A stretch of 64,000 nt of DNA from Dictyostelium discoideum (Eukaryota): NCBI GenBank assembly GCA_000004695.1, contig CM000155.2, forward strand, positions 1,664,001-1,728,000, read 5' to 3'. The translations under genes and the position numbers were made by a program. Shown one piece after another: positions 61,455 to 64,000 of the stretch. The notes under the pieces were generated by a model. The model made no database searches. It saw only the letters and a program-made list of their open reading frames with translations, and had not been told where the DNA came from. How positions within the stretch are numbered: the first letter of the stretch is position 1; each line of letters begins with the position of its first letter.

Positions 61455-62128
61455 CCATAATTTCAAAATCGTTAGTTTTATAAAGTTTTTGTATTCAAAA
61501 CAATAATTAAAAAATAAAGTGATAATAATTTTACAAAAAATATTGTTACAAAAAAACAAAGATTAACCAAAAAAATTGATTTAATTAAATGGTTTTATTA
61601 TTTATTTTTTTTTTTTTAAAATTTAATTAATTTATAAAATTATACTTCATTTTTTAAAAAGATAAATTAGTGGGGGGACAAATTAATGGTCATTTTCTTT
61701 TTTTAAAATTCCTTATTTTCTCTTATTATTACTATATAGAGTTTAAATATTTTTTTATTTTTTTTTTTTTTTTTTTTTATTAAACCAAAATAGGGGCAAA
61801 AAAAACAAAAATACAAAAAAATTATTATTTTTTTTTTTTTTTATTTGCCATTTTCACCACAAAATAACATTACTACATAAAAATAAATAAATAAATAATT
61901 TTTTTTTTTTTTTATTTCAAAAACCGTTCTTGTGTTAAATCGAAATGGGCTTGTAGAATTTAAAAATGATAGTAAGTTTATTACAATATTGGGTGTTTGA
62001 AATTTTTTTTTTTTTTTCTATTTATTTTATTTTTAATTTAATGTTTTAATACCTTTTTTTTTATTTTTTTTTTAATTAGTTTATTTATTTATTTATTATT
62101 TTAGTATATCATATTAAGTGGAATACAA

Positions 62129-64000
62129 ATGATTAAAAGTCAAAGAGAATTTAATTGCATTTGCGGTGATAATCAAAATGGTGTCGCAGTTATTGGTGTA
62201 GGTTTTAAAATACCATCAGATCAAGAGAATTGTTTATCAAGTCCAAGTGAATTATATTCCGCATTATTGAATGAATTTGATGGTGTAAAAAATGATACAA
62301 GTACGCGTTGGTCTGATAACTATTTTAAAAATGGTGATATTGTTAGTAATAGTGCAGGTTTATTACCACTCAAAGAAATTAAATCATTTGATCCAACTTT
62401 TTTCGGTATTAATCCATCAGATACTGATTTAATTGATCCTCAACAAAGATTATTATTAAAATGTAACTTTTTTTTATTTTATTTTTTATTTTTATTTTTT
62501 AATGTAAATTATTATTAACAATTTTAATTTATTTAAAAAATTATATATATATTATTATTATTAGGTGTTTGGAATGCATTAGAAGATGGTGGTATTGACC
62601 CAATCAGTATTCGTTCATCAGATACTAGTGTCTACATTGGTTGTTCGAATATCGATTATTATCTTTTAAATAGAAATCTTATTGATCCTCATAATCATGG
62701 TATTCAAACTGCAGGTTATTCAATTCCAAATAGAATATCATATTGCTTTGATTTTAGAGGTGAAAGTTTGTTTGTTGACACTGCATGTTCATCATCACTA
62801 AATGCAGTTCATCTTGGTTACAATTCAATTTTAAATTCAAAATCAAAATTATCAATTGTTGGTGGCTCAAATTTAATTTTAGGTATGAATTATCTTTTTA
62901 TTTTTATTCGGTTATTATAATTTATTATAATTTATATTATTATTATTATTATTATTTTATTTTATTTTTTATAAATACTAACATATATATAATTTCTAGA
63001 TTCACAAAATAGTATTTTTTTTTTCTAAACAACAGGTGAATGGTCCAAGTGGTAAATGTAATAGTTTTTCAGAAGAAGCAGATGGCTTTGTTCGTAGTGA
63101 AACAGTTGGTGCGATAGTATTAAAGAATTTAAAAGATGCAATTAAAGATGGCGATAGAATTTATTGTGTAATTCAAGGTTCAAATTCAAATGTTGACGGA
63201 AATTATGAAAAATTAAATTATATTTCACCTTCAAAATTATCACAAGCTGAAAATATTACCAAAGCATTAAAATCAACAAATGGTACAGTCAATGCATCTG
63301 ATATTGATTATTTCGAATGTCACGGTACTGGTACACCAATCGGAGATCCAATTGAATTAGAAGGTATATCAATTGCATTAAATAGAACTGAACAATCTAC
63401 AACATTATCAAATCCACTTTTAATAGGTTCAATTAAATCAAATATTGGTCATTGTGAAGCAAGTAGTGGTATGGCCAGTTTAATTAAATGTTGTGTAATG
63501 TTTAAATATCGTCAATTTTTACCAAATATTAATTTCAAAACACCAAATCCATTAATCAAATTTAAAGAATGGAATTTAAAAGTTGTAACTGAACCAGTTC
63601 CATTCAATAATAATAAACAAACTATTATGGCAATTAATAATTTTGGTGTTTCTGGTAAGATTTTATTATAAAAATAATAAGAACAAAAATAAATCATCTA
63701 ATATTTACTATTGTTTATTTTTATTAAATAGGATCAAATTGTTGAATTATTTTATCAGAATATAAAAATAATAATAATAATAATAATAACAATAACAATA
63801 ATGATTTTAAAGCAACAACAAATTTAAAATCAAAAAAATTTATTATACCATTTTCACCAAATTCATCAACATCATTAGACAATTATAAATCATTACTTTC
63901 AAATTTATCAAATGAAACAAATAATTTTCAAAATTTTGTTATTAAACAAATTAATAATAAATCAACATCATTAAATCAAAGATCAGTAATCATTGCAAGT
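62129..64000 (+). pseudogene. PKS gene 2: a tandem paralogue of gene 1 (about 90% nt identity, same exon structure) carrying a +1 frameshift (T10 versus T9 at 63015-63024) and a TGT-to-TGA nonsense change at 63743-45. It runs off the window end
   Basis: Exon 1 62129-62462, exon 2 62565-62882, exon 3 from 62999, exon 4 from 63732. The frame breaks after ...DSQNSIF. The exon-4 start reads GSNC* where gene 1 reads GSNCC. Confidence 0.6.

Overview
This window is AT-rich (about 22-25% GC) eukaryotic nuclear DNA with the hallmarks of the Dictyostelium discoideum genome. Coding regions are relatively GC-rich islands. Intergenic regions and introns are nearly pure A/T, and introns are short (60-275 bp) with GTAAGT/GTATGT donors and AG acceptors. 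Proteins carry long poly-Asn and poly-Gln tracts. Two tRNA genes are each flanked by non-LTR retrotransposon (TRE-type) copies.

The gene content is ordinary dense housekeeping and accessory genes:
- a SET+MYND (SMYD-like) protein
- acylaminoacyl peptidase
- an ACOT9-like thioesterase
- 26S proteasome ATPase Rpt6/psmC5
- ribosomal protein eL6
- a propeptide-less, GPI-tailed cathepsin B-like protease
- the ES2/ESS2 splicing factor
- NOL10
- KRI1
- APC7
- a 3-RRM ELAV-like protein
- a multi-pass membrane protein
- the Atg1/ULK kinase
- an S28 serine carboxypeptidase
- an OSCA/TMEM63 (DUF221) channel
- a poly-Q protein with an 11-aa tandem repeat
- a bacterial-like DUF1697 protein
- a TRAF-like RING/TRAF-zf/MATH protein
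- a tandem pair of type I polyketide synthase genes; the downstream copy carries a frameshift and a nonsense codon

Mobile and repeat content:
- A 5'-truncated TRE5-like retrotransposon lies exactly about 48 bp upstream of a tRNA-Cys(GCA) gene.
- A frameshifted, 5'-truncated TRE3-like retrotransposon and a pile-up of its 3'-terminal fragments with oligo(A) tails lie downstream of a tRNA-Lys(UUU) gene.
- A roughly 2.2 kb inverted duplication has arms that carry decayed PIF/Harbinger-type (DDE_Tnp_4-like) transposase remnants. This family is not, to my knowledge, among the classical Dictyostelium transposon families, and it is the most novel-looking signal in the window.

All calls are made by eye from the sequence and the ORF track. 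No database searches were run.
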